A DNA stretch of 64,000 nt from Candidatus Cloacimonadota bacterium (GTDB taxonomy: Bacteria > Cloacimonadota > Cloacimonadia > Cloacimonadales > Cloacimonadaceae), in the NCBI GenBank assembly GCA_012522935.1, contig JAAYJN010000037.1:886-64885 (forward strand). The letters are read 5' to 3'. The position numbers and the translations under genes are program-made. Under the pieces are notes generated by a model that saw only the letters and a list, made by a program, of their open reading frames with translations, had not been told where the DNA came from and did no database searches. Shown here piece by piece: positions 54,429 through 63,886 of this stretch (position 1 is its first letter; the number at the start of each line of letters is the position of its first letter).

Positions 54429-55543
54429 GAACCTGCTCCCATCAAAAAGGATTTGAACCACCCCTGACCTGCAATTTCCAGGATAATGCCCACCACAATG
54501 AGGAGGATTACCAGGAGCTTGCCAAAGTCGTGCCCCTTGAGGCTGCCCACCTGTTGAGCATCACGGGAGAGATAAGCCGAGGCGGCAAATAGCTCCTCTC
54601 CAATCAAGGTGTAATCGCAAGAGACCACAAAGAAGGGTAGCTGGTGGGCATTGGCGGTGCCGGCGGTTTGGATGGCACCAGTACTGAGGCCTGTTTCTGC
54701 CAAGATAAGGGATTCCGCGTAGAAGGAGCCTAAGAAGAAATTGGCGGCGGGCTCTTCGCGCACGATGATGCCATCGATGCCAGCCACATAGCCAAATTGA
54801 TCATCCGTAAGGTAAAAGATGCGGTCTTCACGATAGGCATCAGGGCGTCCTGCCTTGAGATAGGCTTCTTTCACCACTTCACGAGCCGCGGAAAGCACCA
54901 TGGCAAAGCGGCAAGGGACGATGATTTCTGTGTTATATTCAGCGGCACGTTGGGCAAGCTGGCCCAAAATGGAGAGGGAGGCGATGGTCTGAATATCATC
55001 CAGCTCTGAAATGCCGGGCACGAAGAGGATGGGCTTTCCCTTTTCTGTGGCGCGGCCGATTGCCTCTTCCATGGAATCCAATCCACTGATGCGGCGGATA
55101 TAAAAGTCTTTGCCACGGCGGGCTGCCATCACATAAAAGACGATGGCAGAACCCAATATCAGAAAGAGCAGCAAAAAAGAAAGCTTGTGCATATAAAACC
55201 AGTTTTCCTTTGGCTGCCCTTGTGCCTCGATAAAGATACTATCCGCCAAAGCGTCATTATAAGCAATCAAGCGGTAGTGATAGGTCTCATCGGGATCCAG
55301 ATTGTCATCCACAAAGCCGGAGACCAGTGGCTCATCCAGTTCCATGTCTTGATAAACCATCAGGGAATCGGCCTTTTGGAGATTCAGCCTGTCATAGCCA
55401 TCCGGCAGATTCCAATTGAGAATCAAGGCCTCGCCTTTATCCCAAGGTTTATCGCTGATGGTAAAGCTGGACGTGGTATTTGCCCACAGCATTGCCGATT
55501 GCAAAAGCAATAAGACAATCAACAAGTAATAGATATGCTTCAT
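54425..55543 (-). CDS. Hypothetical membrane protein: signal peptide + FN3/Ig-like ectodomain + TM + conserved-looking cytoplasmic domain (operon gene 2)
   Basis: FN3-like pattern (..LILNWNLPDGY.., DPDETYHYRLIAYN), a TM segment (FLLLFLILGSAIVFYVMA), then about 220 aa including GKPILFVPGISELDDIQTIASL.., and a C-terminal TM. The function is not recognised. Confidence 0.55.
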   Translation of the reverse strand: MKHIYYLLIVLLLLQSAMLWANTTSSFTISDKPWDKGEALILNWNLPDGYDRLNLQKADSLMVYQDMELDEPLVSGFVDDNLDPDETYHYRLIAYNDALADSIFIEAQGQPKENWFYMHKLSFLLLFLILGSAIVFYVMAARRGKDFYIRRISGLDSMEEAIGRATEKGKPILFVPGISELDDIQTIASLSILGQLAQRAAEYNTEIIVPCRFAMVLSAAREVVKEAYLKAGRPDAYREDRIFYLTDDQFGYVAGIDGIIVREEPAANFFLGSFYAESLILAETGLSTGAIQTAGTANAHQLPFFVVSCDYTLIGEELFAASAYLSRDAQQVGSLKGHDFGKLLVILLIVVGIILEIAGQGWFKSFLMGAGS

Positions 55544-55590
55544 TGGCTACCTCTTTGCCGGTGGTGAAATATGGTGTAAGGAAGGGTTGT

Positions 55591-56394
55591 TCATTGTTGG
55601 AAGATGCTCTTAAGCTGGGCACTGGCTTCCTGGAGTTCTGTAAGCTGCTCAGCTGTGTAATTGGTGTTGGTATCTGATAGTATGATCTGGTGAATTTGGG
55701 TGAGGAGAGGCAGGGTTTGAGTGAAAAAGGGAGCTTCTGTGAATGCGGGATCTTGCATCAATTCGAGGTTTGACAAGAGGGAATTGAGCGCCTCATGCTG
55801 GTGCAGCACCACAGTGGCACCAGCCTGATAATCCTCCAGAAGATGGGTGCTGATACGATTTATGCCCTGCATCCAAGTTCCCAGATTATAAAGAGTGTAC
55901 AGCTCATATTCCTCATTTTGCCAGAGGCTGTCTGCCACCATCTTGGTAAAGCCATCAAAATACGTCTCCAGTCTGGACCAGTTGGAGGCTTTGAGCAGCT
56001 GTTTCATATCCGTATCCAGCGTTTTGGTATCTATATCCAGCTCCAGCATCTTTGGGGTGGCAAGCATGGTTTGGGAAAGCTGGGTGGCACGGGCTTTGTT
56101 ATTTGTTTTACAAGCCATCAGGGCGTCATAATACTGCACACCCAAGGCAAAGACAATGTGGGAGGCTTCCGGTTTGCCTTGGTAATCTTCAGCAGATGCC
56201 AGCACTGTATATTCTGTGGGGGAAAGGGAGGTAAAGCTGCGTAAGAGCTCCTTGCCACTGGGGAGCGGGGCAAAGGCGGCAATCTGATCCTTCAGGGATT
56301 TATCAGGAAGGTTGCGAGAGCTCCTGCTGCATTTGCAGGCATTTGTGCCCACAAGAAGAGCAAGAGCAATTAAAAACAAAAATATCTTTTTCAT
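55591..56394 (-). CDS. Hypothetical lipoprotein (operon gene 1)
   Basis: Lipobox LLVGTNAC followed by a helical soluble domain with no motif I recognise. Confidence 0.6.
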   Translation of the reverse strand: MKKIFLFLIALALLVGTNACKCSRSSRNLPDKSLKDQIAAFAPLPSGKELLRSFTSLSPTEYTVLASAEDYQGKPEASHIVFALGVQYYDALMACKTNNKARATQLSQTMLATPKMLELDIDTKTLDTDMKQLLKASNWSRLETYFDGFTKMVADSLWQNEEYELYTLYNLGTWMQGINRISTHLLEDYQAGATVVLHQHEALNSLLSNLELMQDPAFTEAPFFTQTLPLLTQIHQIILSDTNTNYTAEQLTELQEASAQLKSIFQQ

Positions 56395-56553
56395 ATGGAT
56401 TCCTATTTGATGTGAGGCATTTGACTAAACATCTTTTATGCAGCTCCATCACGATGTATAAAGAGGATGGCAGGCTGTGAATATGGTTTTTTGATTACCA
56501 CATTACTGTCAATCATTATTTTAAGGGGGAGTCAACTGGAATAAGCATAAAAA

Positions 56554-57852
56554 TCAGAGTGTACGTAGCTTGCGGCATTCATCACAATAATGAAACTGGC
56601 AATAGCGCTGGTGCAATTCAATGAGTGCCTGCTGATAGATGGCATGGGAATTGATCAGCTTTTGGTAAGATGGGTCTATGTGGCTGCCCATACTGCGTGT
56701 GAGGTGGTTTTCAGCCAAGCCGCCATAGTTTTGAAAGGCAGTGCTTACCTGAGACAGTAAATCCTGATCGCTGGTCTTTTGTGCCCATAGATAGAAGATG
56801 GGCAGGCAGATATTGATATAGATATTGTTCAGCACACCTTTCCCAGGACGTGGCAAGGCTTCGGCACCGGGGAGGGTGGTATTTACAAACATCTCCAAGA
56901 ATGCCTTTTCTATGACCTTCTGAGGAAGACGGGGATGCAATTGGCTTAAGAGAGACGCCATCAAGCCATCCTCTCCATAGCGCAACACCATGGGCAGGCT
57001 GGCTATCAATCTATAAATGGGATGATTGGCAGGGCGTATCCTGAAAAGCTGCCAGTCTATATCCAAACTGGTGGCATATTTATTCTGATGCTCCCAGCTT
57101 GATTGCAAGATCTGAAACATCTCTGGCGGGATCAGCTTGGAAGAGCGTTGCAAGAGCCCACTTGCCATGCTGAGGATGGATAATATCTCCACAGCCTGCA
57201 ATCCATCCCGGCGCCATTCCAAGAGCAAAGAAAGGGGCAAAGTCTGAGCCAGGGAGAGCATGGCAGTCTTGTTTTTGTCATAACCCATGGCTTCCAGGAT
57301 GCCTTCGTACATTATCTGATCAAAATCGCTAAACATCAGGCTGGCATTAAAGCGGCGCACCTTGCCCTGCAGACGCTGCATGCCTATGTTCTTTAGCGTC
57401 ATCTGCAACCTGTCTTTATCCAAGGCGGAGAGAAGGTCACAATACGTGGGGCGTGAGAGGGGCAGACGTGGCTGATGCTCTTGCAGCAGTTTTCCGATTT
57501 CCTCGCTGAGCTGGTGCTGTAGCTCCAGAATCTCTATTCTTTCGCCGTTTTCCTTGATGGTGAGCTCACGGGCGGTATTGTGCTTATAAACCACGTGCAG
57601 GATCACGTTGTTATAAAAGGGGTCTTCGGAATGGTTGTGAGCATGCCAATCGCTGGTCTGCTGATGAATCTCCACATCTCCCCGCGTCGCTTGAGAATCC
57701 ATCACCATGCCACAGCCCAAAAAGTCCGGGCCCCTATTGGTGTTGTATTGCCCAGAATAGGAGATGCGCAGGCGTTTGCCGCTGACTGTGGTGAGCTCCA
57801 GATTCAGGTGCGAGCCATCCCAGATATGATGCAGAAACTTTTCATCCATCAA
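56554..57852 (-). CDS. DUF2851-family protein
   Basis: The N-terminus EKFLHHIWDG..GPDF..GDVEIH..SDWHAHNH..D.FYNNVILHVV matches my memory of the DUF2851 signature. A C-terminal Cys cluster (CQFHYCDEC) is present. Confidence 0.7.
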   Translation of the reverse strand: MMDEKFLHHIWDGSHLNLELTTVSGKRLRISYSGQYNTNRGPDFLGCGMVMDSQATRGDVEIHQQTSDWHAHNHSEDPFYNNVILHVVYKHNTARELTIKENGERIEILELQHQLSEEIGKLLQEHQPRLPLSRPTYCDLLSALDKDRLQMTLKNIGMQRLQGKVRRFNASLMFSDFDQIMYEGILEAMGYDKNKTAMLSLAQTLPLSLLLEWRRDGLQAVEILSILSMASGLLQRSSKLIPPEMFQILQSSWEHQNKYATSLDIDWQLFRIRPANHPIYRLIASLPMVLRYGEDGLMASLLSQLHPRLPQKVIEKAFLEMFVNTTLPGAEALPRPGKGVLNNIYINICLPIFYLWAQKTSDQDLLSQVSTAFQNYGGLAENHLTRSMGSHIDPSYQKLINSHAIYQQALIELHQRYCQFHYCDECRKLRTL

Positions 57853-58544
57853 TAATACCTCACCAGCATGTTATAACGTTGCCGTACGGAAGGGGAGAGG
57901 TGATAGGTCTGGGGGCTATATCTGATGGGGCTGCTGAGGATGGATACCAGTTTACGGGATTGATCACGGCTGATTCTCTTGCAGCTGCGTCCATAATAAT
58001 GCAGGGAGGCAGTCTCAATGCCATAAATCCCCTTGCCCCATTCCACATAGTTCATATACAATTCCAGCATCCTGCGCTTGCTGAGCGTGATCTCCATAAT
58101 AATGGTCACCTGGGCTTCCAGATATTTGCGCAGATAGTTGCGCTCTGTATTCAGGAAGATGGTGCGCGCCAATTGGTTGCTGATGGTGCTGGCTCCAAAC
58201 CTGATCTTACCCGCTTTCTTATTACGTTCTCGCGCCTTCTTGATCTCGCCAAATTCAAAGCCAAAATGCTTGTAATAATTGGCATCCTCCACGCCTATCA
58301 CCATGTTCACAGTGGAGGAAGGGATGTGCTCCAGCTCTATAAATTGCCTTTTTTGCCAATCGAATCCATTGATCAGATACCGTTGCAGCATCAAAGGGGT
58401 GATGGGTGGATTGATGAAATTATAAAGAAGTGAAAAGAAGGCGATGATGCCCCAGAAAACACAGTGTGCAAAGAATACAAAGCGGAGAAGCCTAACCAGC
58501 CAGGACCTCTGCTTTTTGCCCTTTTTAGAGCCTTTCGCACCCAA
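57849..58544 (-). CDS. mtgA: Monofunctional peptidoglycan glycosyltransferase (GT51)
   Basis: GT51 motifs EDANYYKHFGF and GASTISNQLAR are present, with an N-terminal TM anchor. TTG start after GGAGGAG. Confidence 0.88.
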   Translation of the reverse strand: MGAKGSKKGKKQRSWLVRLLRFVFFAHCVFWGIIAFFSLLYNFINPPITPLMLQRYLINGFDWQKRQFIELEHIPSSTVNMVIGVEDANYYKHFGFEFGEIKKARERNKKAGKIRFGASTISNQLARTIFLNTERNYLRKYLEAQVTIIMEITLSKRRMLELYMNYVEWGKGIYGIETASLHYYGRSCKRISRDQSRKLVSILSSPIRYSPQTYHLSPSVRQRYNMLVRYY

Positions 58545-58611
58545 GATAACTCCTCCAGGCCAACCCCTTAATGGCCAGCCTGGAAATACTATAAGCTAAA
58601 AAACCAAACCC

Positions 58612-58878
58612 TTATTCAGCAGGATTGGCTTCTTTATTCACATAAGCAGCGATGCGGGCTTTGCGGCGGGAAGCGGTACGCTTGTGTATCACACCCTTTT
58701 TGGCGGCTTTATCCAGTTGGGAATAAATCTGATCCAAAAGCGCTTGCTTTTCTTCTACGGGCATATCAGTGTGAATCTTCTTGGAAAGCGTATGAATGGT
58801 GCGCTTTACATAGTTATTACGAGCATTCCTTTTTGCATCGGTTACCAAACGCTTTTTAGCGGATGCATTCTTGGCCAT
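58612..58878 (-). CDS. rpsT: 30S ribosomal protein S20
   Basis: 88-aa basic protein beginning MAKNASAKKR.., with the typical S20 helical pattern. Confidence 0.92.
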   Translation of the reverse strand: MAKNASAKKRLVTDAKRNARNNYVKRTIHTLSKKIHTDMPVEEKQALLDQIYSQLDKAAKKGVIHKRTASRRKARIAAYVNKEANPAE

Positions 58879-59001
58879 GTTTACCTCTTTTGATTGTTAA
58901 TCTTATTTATTATTGATAGCGGACGGCACACTTGATGCGTTTGCAATCTCATTACCATTTGTGCCATAACTGTATCCCTCTCTTTTTTGTCAATAATAAT
59001 C

Positions 59002-60273
59002 TTAAGTAACCAGCAATTTTAACAGCAGCTGGAATTGGAAATCTGAGCTTAATTCAGACGCATCCTGCTTTTCTAAAAAGGGGAGCCCCGCCATAGATTG
59101 CTGATACTGATGGTTTAACCACTTTTGCGCTTCCTCCACTTGCCCCTCGTCCACACAGATGCCTCCCTCATATCTATCAATCAATATTTCCGCCTCTGAC
59201 CCGCGCGGACCTATGGCCAAGATAGGTGCCTCCATCGCCAAATACTCATACAGCTTGGTGGTGATCATACCCTCAAAGCCCCGATAGTGATTAATGAGCA
59301 CAACCAGCACTTGCGAGGATGCCATTTTGCCAAGAGCTTCCTGGTGGCTCACAAAGGGAATCAGCTCCCATTTATTGCCCAAAGCCTCTGTGAGCAGCTG
59401 TTTTTGTGCATCATTCAACTGGCTGCCCACAAAGCTAAGATTAAGCCCCTGCATGTCTGCAAAAGGACGCACTATCTTTGCCAATAATGCCAAATCCTGC
59501 CCTTCCGTCACCTGCCCAATATAGCTGATGGTAAAAGCCTCTTTATTGCGTGGTGGAGATATATCTTTTGCCTTTGCCACTGCCTGTGCATCAAAACCGT
59601 TGCGCAAAAGAGCCTTCTTGCCCTCTGGCAGATTGTCAAAGAGGTGTTGCGAGATTACCAGGTTCAGATCGGCAGTTTTGCACACCTTCTTTTCCAGATG
59701 CCTGTGCAAAGCCTTACCCAACATGGATGGCGGATTGAGCTGCAGATAGTAAACCCCCGTCCAGGGATCACGCCAATCGGCAATCCAGCGCAGATTAAAC
59801 GCCTTCTTCAGCCTGATGCCTGCAAGATGAGTGGAATGTGGTGGCCCAGTGGTAATCACCGTCTTTATGCCCTGATTACGAATAATCTGCCTTGCCTTAC
59901 GATATGCAGAGGGTATCCAAAAGATGCGAATATCAGGGATAATGAGATTGAGCCGTACCCAAATCAAGAGTCTTTGCAAGAGTGGCGAGTCTTTGCCCAC
60001 CGTCAAAGAACCGTGAGGCAACCTGGCCTTATTACCAAAGAAAAACCGCCAAAGCTTGGATAAAGCCGGTGCTTTGGTGCGATATACATGGATGGATGGA
60101 GGCAGATCTGCAAGGAGGGATTCATCCAAAAATGGATAATCCGCACCATCGGCAGTCACCACGCTCACATCCCAGCCCGCCTTCACCAAATGAGGCAATA
60201 GCCTCTGCCAGCGCTGCACCGGTGCGCCTCCACAGGGAGGAAAATAGTAGCTTATCAATAGTAACTTCTTCAC
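59002..60273 (-). CDS. Glycosyltransferase (GT4/GT-B family)
   Basis: N-terminus LLISYYFPPCGGAPVQR.., characteristic of GT-B glycosyltransferases, in 423 aa. Confidence 0.75.
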   Translation of the reverse strand: MKKLLLISYYFPPCGGAPVQRWQRLLPHLVKAGWDVSVVTADGADYPFLDESLLADLPPSIHVYRTKAPALSKLWRFFFGNKARLPHGSLTVGKDSPLLQRLLIWVRLNLIIPDIRIFWIPSAYRKARQIIRNQGIKTVITTGPPHSTHLAGIRLKKAFNLRWIADWRDPWTGVYYLQLNPPSMLGKALHRHLEKKVCKTADLNLVISQHLFDNLPEGKKALLRNGFDAQAVAKAKDISPPRNKEAFTISYIGQVTEGQDLALLAKIVRPFADMQGLNLSFVGSQLNDAQKQLLTEALGNKWELIPFVSHQEALGKMASSQVLVVLINHYRGFEGMITTKLYEYLAMEAPILAIGPRGSEAEILIDRYEGGICVDEGQVEEAQKWLNHQYQQSMAGLPFLEKQDASELSSDFQFQLLLKLLVT

Positions 60274-61376
60274 TCCAACACCAGTTCTGCCAGTTTCTGC
60301 CAGGTATATTCCTGCGCCCTTTCTATCACCTGCGGATGCATCTTTTCATACATATCCATGCTAAAATATTGCACAATGGCAGCCGCCAAAGCCTCCGGAT
60401 TTGGTTCCGGATTGGCATCCACCATCAATCCACTGCGGTTTTCATCAATATACTGCGCCATCCCCGGCAAACGCGAAGCCAACACAGGCAATCCAAAGGC
60501 ATAGGCAAGGGCAATAATCCCGCTTTGAGTGGCATCTCGATATGGCAATACACAGAGGCTGGCACGCTGAAAGAACACCGCTACATCCGTATCCGGGACA
60601 AACTGCAAATGCGGCTCCACATTGCCCTCTATGTCCAGCTCTTGGATCAGGTTCAGATACTCTTCATCAGCGCCATACACTTCACCCGCTATCAACAGTT
60701 TCAGCTGCGGCAATTCAGCTTTGGCAATTGCCACCGCCTTTAGGAGAATGTCCAAACCCTTATAACGCTTAATCAGCCCGAAAAAGAGCATGGTAAAGGG
60801 CTCCCGCTTTGTCCCCTCAGATTTATAATCCAGATACTTGTCATAGATGGGATGAAAGCCCAGGCGCGCCTTGCGGGCGATGTGGTTGGGCATCTTGCTC
60901 TTCAATTCATCAAACACGGTTTGCGAGAGGCACACGCTCATCTGACATTGAGTCAGCAGCAGCCGGGCAAAGGTCTTTGCCCCCGGTATCCTTTCATGGG
61001 GGAGTAGGTTGTGCACCAAGGCGATCTTGCGCAATTGGGGCAGTTTTTTACAGATATGGATGTAGGAGGGGGCGAAAAAGGGCAGAAAATAGGAGATGAT
61101 AAGGATATCCGGAGCATATTCTTTGATTGCCTTCACTGCTTTTACCCACGTCCAGGGCAGATAGGGGATATGGGAATTGATGATTTCCAGTTGCGGATCC
61201 ACCTCAAATTCTGCTGTTTGCGTTTTACCGGGGAAGATCAGCCGTGGGTACTGCTTTTCAAACCCAAAGAGTTTTACCGTGTGCCCATCCTTCAGGAATG
61301 TCTCTGCCAAGCTGAGCGCAAATTGCGAAATCCCGCCCTTATAGGGTGGGGCAGGTCCCAAAATGGCTATTTTCAT
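60270..61376 (-). CDS. Glycosyltransferase family 4 (GT-B)
   Basis: N-terminal MKIAILGPAPPYKGGISQF and a C-terminal E..G..alEA-like region (PYRDATQSGIIALAYAFGLPVLAS). Confidence 0.78.
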   Translation of the reverse strand: MKIAILGPAPPYKGGISQFALSLAETFLKDGHTVKLFGFEKQYPRLIFPGKTQTAEFEVDPQLEIINSHIPYLPWTWVKAVKAIKEYAPDILIISYFLPFFAPSYIHICKKLPQLRKIALVHNLLPHERIPGAKTFARLLLTQCQMSVCLSQTVFDELKSKMPNHIARKARLGFHPIYDKYLDYKSEGTKREPFTMLFFGLIKRYKGLDILLKAVAIAKAELPQLKLLIAGEVYGADEEYLNLIQELDIEGNVEPHLQFVPDTDVAVFFQRASLCVLPYRDATQSGIIALAYAFGLPVLASRLPGMAQYIDENRSGLMVDANPEPNPEALAAAIVQYFSMDMYEKMHPQVIERAQEYTWQKLAELVLE

Positions 61377-61396
61377 CCCTCAATCCCTTAATATAA

Positions 61397-62374
61397 CTAA
61401 TCTCTGGTTTGTAAAAAGAAGCGCCGCACCGTTTCGGCATCCTCATATTTGCCAAACAGTGCCATCAATTTCAGCCTCACCTTCAGGCCCTGCAGGTCTC
61501 CAGCCAAGAGGGCACCCATATCCTGCAGGTGTTTGCCACCGCCTTCATAGCCATATTCGGGCAAAACTCTGCCTGTGACGGCGCGCGTGGCTATCACCAC
61601 CAATATCCCCTTGTCAAGGGCTGCTTTGATGGAAGGCAAGGGCTCCAATGGCAGATTGCCGCGCCCCATCGCCTCGATCACAATGGCGCGGGCACCGCTT
61701 TGCACGCTGGCATCGATATGACGTCCATCCATGCCTGCCACAGCTTTGATGAGGTCTACGCGGGTGTCCAGCTCTTCTGTCCACACATTTTCCCGATACA
61801 GTGTGGCATGATGATACACCACTATATCAGGATCCACAAAGCCGAGAGGACCATAGCCGGGAGAGGTGAAGGAATCTATCTTTCCCGTATCGGATTTTAC
61901 TACATCGCGGGCGGTATGGATCTCGTCGTTCATCACCACCAAAACGCCTTTATCAGCAGATTCATGGTGGCTGGCAACGCGCACGGCATCGATGATGTTG
62001 CGCGGTCCATCCAAGCCCAGTTCACTGCCACTGCGCATGGCGGCTGTGAATACGATTGGCTTGCGCGTGGTGAGCACCAGATCACACAAAAACGCAGTCT
62101 CTTCCAAGGTGTCTGTGCCATGGGTGATTACCACTCCATCGTAAGACGCTCCCTTGCAATCGATCAGCTTTGCCAGTTCCAGCATGGTGTCTGGCGTCAT
62201 GTGGGGGCTGGGAACATTCAAAAACTCCAACACATCCACATTGGCAACGCTGATCAGCTGGGGAAACTGCTTCAGAAAGTCTACCAATTCGTTGCTGGGA
62301 ACCACGCCCAGATTGCCGGATTCCTTCATGCCGATGGTGCCACCCGTGAGAATAATGAGTATGTTCTTTTTCAT
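61397..62374 (-). CDS. ansA: L-asparaginase, type I
   Basis: Active-site blocks ILTGGTIGM and ITHGTDTLEETA are present. Confidence 0.9.
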   Translation of the reverse strand: MKKNILIILTGGTIGMKESGNLGVVPSNELVDFLKQFPQLISVANVDVLEFLNVPSPHMTPDTMLELAKLIDCKGASYDGVVITHGTDTLEETAFLCDLVLTTRKPIVFTAAMRSGSELGLDGPRNIIDAVRVASHHESADKGVLVVMNDEIHTARDVVKSDTGKIDSFTSPGYGPLGFVDPDIVVYHHATLYRENVWTEELDTRVDLIKAVAGMDGRHIDASVQSGARAIVIEAMGRGNLPLEPLPSIKAALDKGILVVIATRAVTGRVLPEYGYEGGGKHLQDMGALLAGDLQGLKVRLKLMALFGKYEDAETVRRFFLQTRD

Positions 62375-63051
62375 ATATCGTTCCTGCTGTATTTTATCGG
62401 GTCTGCAAAGCCAGCCCGGCTGAAGGCATTGAGCCTCAAGCGGCAGCTGTCACACATCCCACATGCCTCATCGGTTGCAAAATAACAGCTCCAAGACAAT
62501 TCAAAGGGTGCCTTCAGCTTCATGCCCAAAGCCACAATCTCGGATTTGTGCAAATCAATCACCGGAGTGTGAATGCTAATGGGAGGGTTGTTGCCACTGC
62601 CTGTTTCAATGGTCTTTTGCATTGCTTCAAAGAATACCTTGCGACAATCCGGATAGCCTGAGCTATCTTCCTCCACCGCGCCTATATAGATGCGATTTGC
62701 CTGCACCACTTCTGCCCAGGCTACAGCTGCACACAGCAGGGTGGCATTGCGGAAGGGCACGTAGGTATCGGGGAAATCCTGCTGCTTTTGACTTTTTACA
62801 GGCTGATAGGAGGCATCCGTGAGCCGTGAACCTCCCATCTCTGCCAGCCATCTCCAATCCAACACCTTGGTTTGCACAGGCTGGTAATGACGGCTAATCT
62901 CGGCAAAGCTTTGCAGCTCCCTTTCCTGGGTTCTTTGTCCGTAAGAGACGTGCAGAAAATACAATTCCTCACACTGTGTGGCAGCCACGGCAGCGGTCAC
63001 CAAACTATCCAAGCCTCCGCTCAGTAATACAATGGCTTTTTCCATTTTCAC
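62371..63051 (-). CDS. queC: 7-cyano-7-deazaguanine synthase
   Basis: PP-loop VLLSGGLDS and a C-terminal zinc-binding cysteine cluster (..CGMCDSCRLR). Confidence 0.93.
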   Translation of the reverse strand: MKMEKAIVLLSGGLDSLVTAAVAATQCEELYFLHVSYGQRTQERELQSFAEISRHYQPVQTKVLDWRWLAEMGGSRLTDASYQPVKSQKQQDFPDTYVPFRNATLLCAAVAWAEVVQANRIYIGAVEEDSSGYPDCRKVFFEAMQKTIETGSGNNPPISIHTPVIDLHKSEIVALGMKLKAPFELSWSCYFATDEACGMCDSCRLRLNAFSRAGFADPIKYSRNDI

Positions 63052-63104
63052 CTTTATAAATATGATGTTTTATAGATACAACACTCTGTAGCAGTGGTTT
63101 TGTG

Positions 63105-63716
63105 TCAAGCGCTGCCTTTTTGGGGGAGCTTAAACTTTTGGGCTTGATCTGCCAAAATCGGATGTCTGTGACAACCCGCCAGGTGATCGTTTATCAAGCC
63201 GGTGGCCTGCATAATGGCATAACAGGTGGTGGGACCCATAAAGATCATCCCTCTTTTCTTCAGTTCTTTGCTGAGGGCGGTGGATGCATCTGAAAAGGCG
63301 GGAACTTCCTCCGGCAGTTGCCATTGATTGACGATGGGTTTATTATCCACAAAGCTCCAGATAAATTTGGTAAAACTGCCAAATTCCTTTTGTATCTCCA
63401 AAAAGCGCTGGGCATTGTTGATGGTGGCTTCAAACTTGCGCCGGTTGCGTATCATCCCTTCATCCCGGATCAATTCCTCCAGTTTGGATTCATCATAATG
63501 GGCTATCAAGCGGGGATCAAAATTGTCCAAAGCCTCTTTAAAACGGGCTCTCTTTTTCATGATAATAGACCAGCTGAGCCCCGCCTGGAAGGTATCCAAA
63601 ACGATATGCTCAAAAAATACTCTGTCATCGGTGGTGGGAACTCCCCATTCATCCTCATGATATGCTAACATCAGAGGGTCTTTGCCCACCCAGGCACAAA
63701 TATTGTGTTGCTTCAT
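63105..63716 (-). CDS. tag: DNA-3-methyladenine glycosylase I
   Basis: Signature CAWVGKDPLMLAYHEDEWGVP is present. I prefer ATG 63716 (MKQHNIC..) preceded by GAGG, whereas the ORF track starts at 63782. Confidence 0.88.
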   Translation of the reverse strand: MKQHNICAWVGKDPLMLAYHEDEWGVPTTDDRVFFEHIVLDTFQAGLSWSIIMKKRARFKEALDNFDPRLIAHYDESKLEELIRDEGMIRNRRKFEATINNAQRFLEIQKEFGSFTKFIWSFVDNKPIVNQWQLPEEVPAFSDASTALSKELKKRGMIFMGPTTCYAIMQATGLINDHLAGCHRHPILADQAQKFKLPQKGSA

Positions 63717-63821
63717 ATTCCTAACCTCAATTGTATTTAAGCCAAAGGTAGATGAAGGGATAATTCTGTCAAGCACCATCAAGGTATGCTTTTTCTTTAT
63801 GTTTTGCCCACCTCTTCCTTA

Positions 63822-63886
63822 TTAACCACCCTTGTCTCTCCTTTGTCTCGACAAGGGTGAGACAAGGGTGGTGCAAGGGTGGCTAA
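63822..63886. repeat. Palindromic intergenic repeat, copy 5
   Basis: Sequence is TTAACCACCCTTGTCTCTCCTTTGTCTCGACAAGGGTGAGACAAGGGTGGTGCAAGGGTGGCTAA. Conserved flanks run from about 63803 to 63962 and are shared with copy 3. Confidence 0.9.

Noticed and set aside
58555-58583. 11-bp hairpin (with three G-U pairs on the minus-strand RNA) between rpsT and mtgA.
   Set aside because: No U-tract follows, and the hairpin abuts the mtgA RBS (GGAGGAG). It may modulate translation, but I cannot support a terminator or any named element.
63052-63104. Looked for a preQ1 riboswitch upstream of queC.
   Set aside because: I could not find the short P1 hairpin plus A-rich tail (..CCCUCUAUAAAAAACUA-like). Only a loose CTATAAAAC string is present. 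queC also appears to be co-transcribed with tag.
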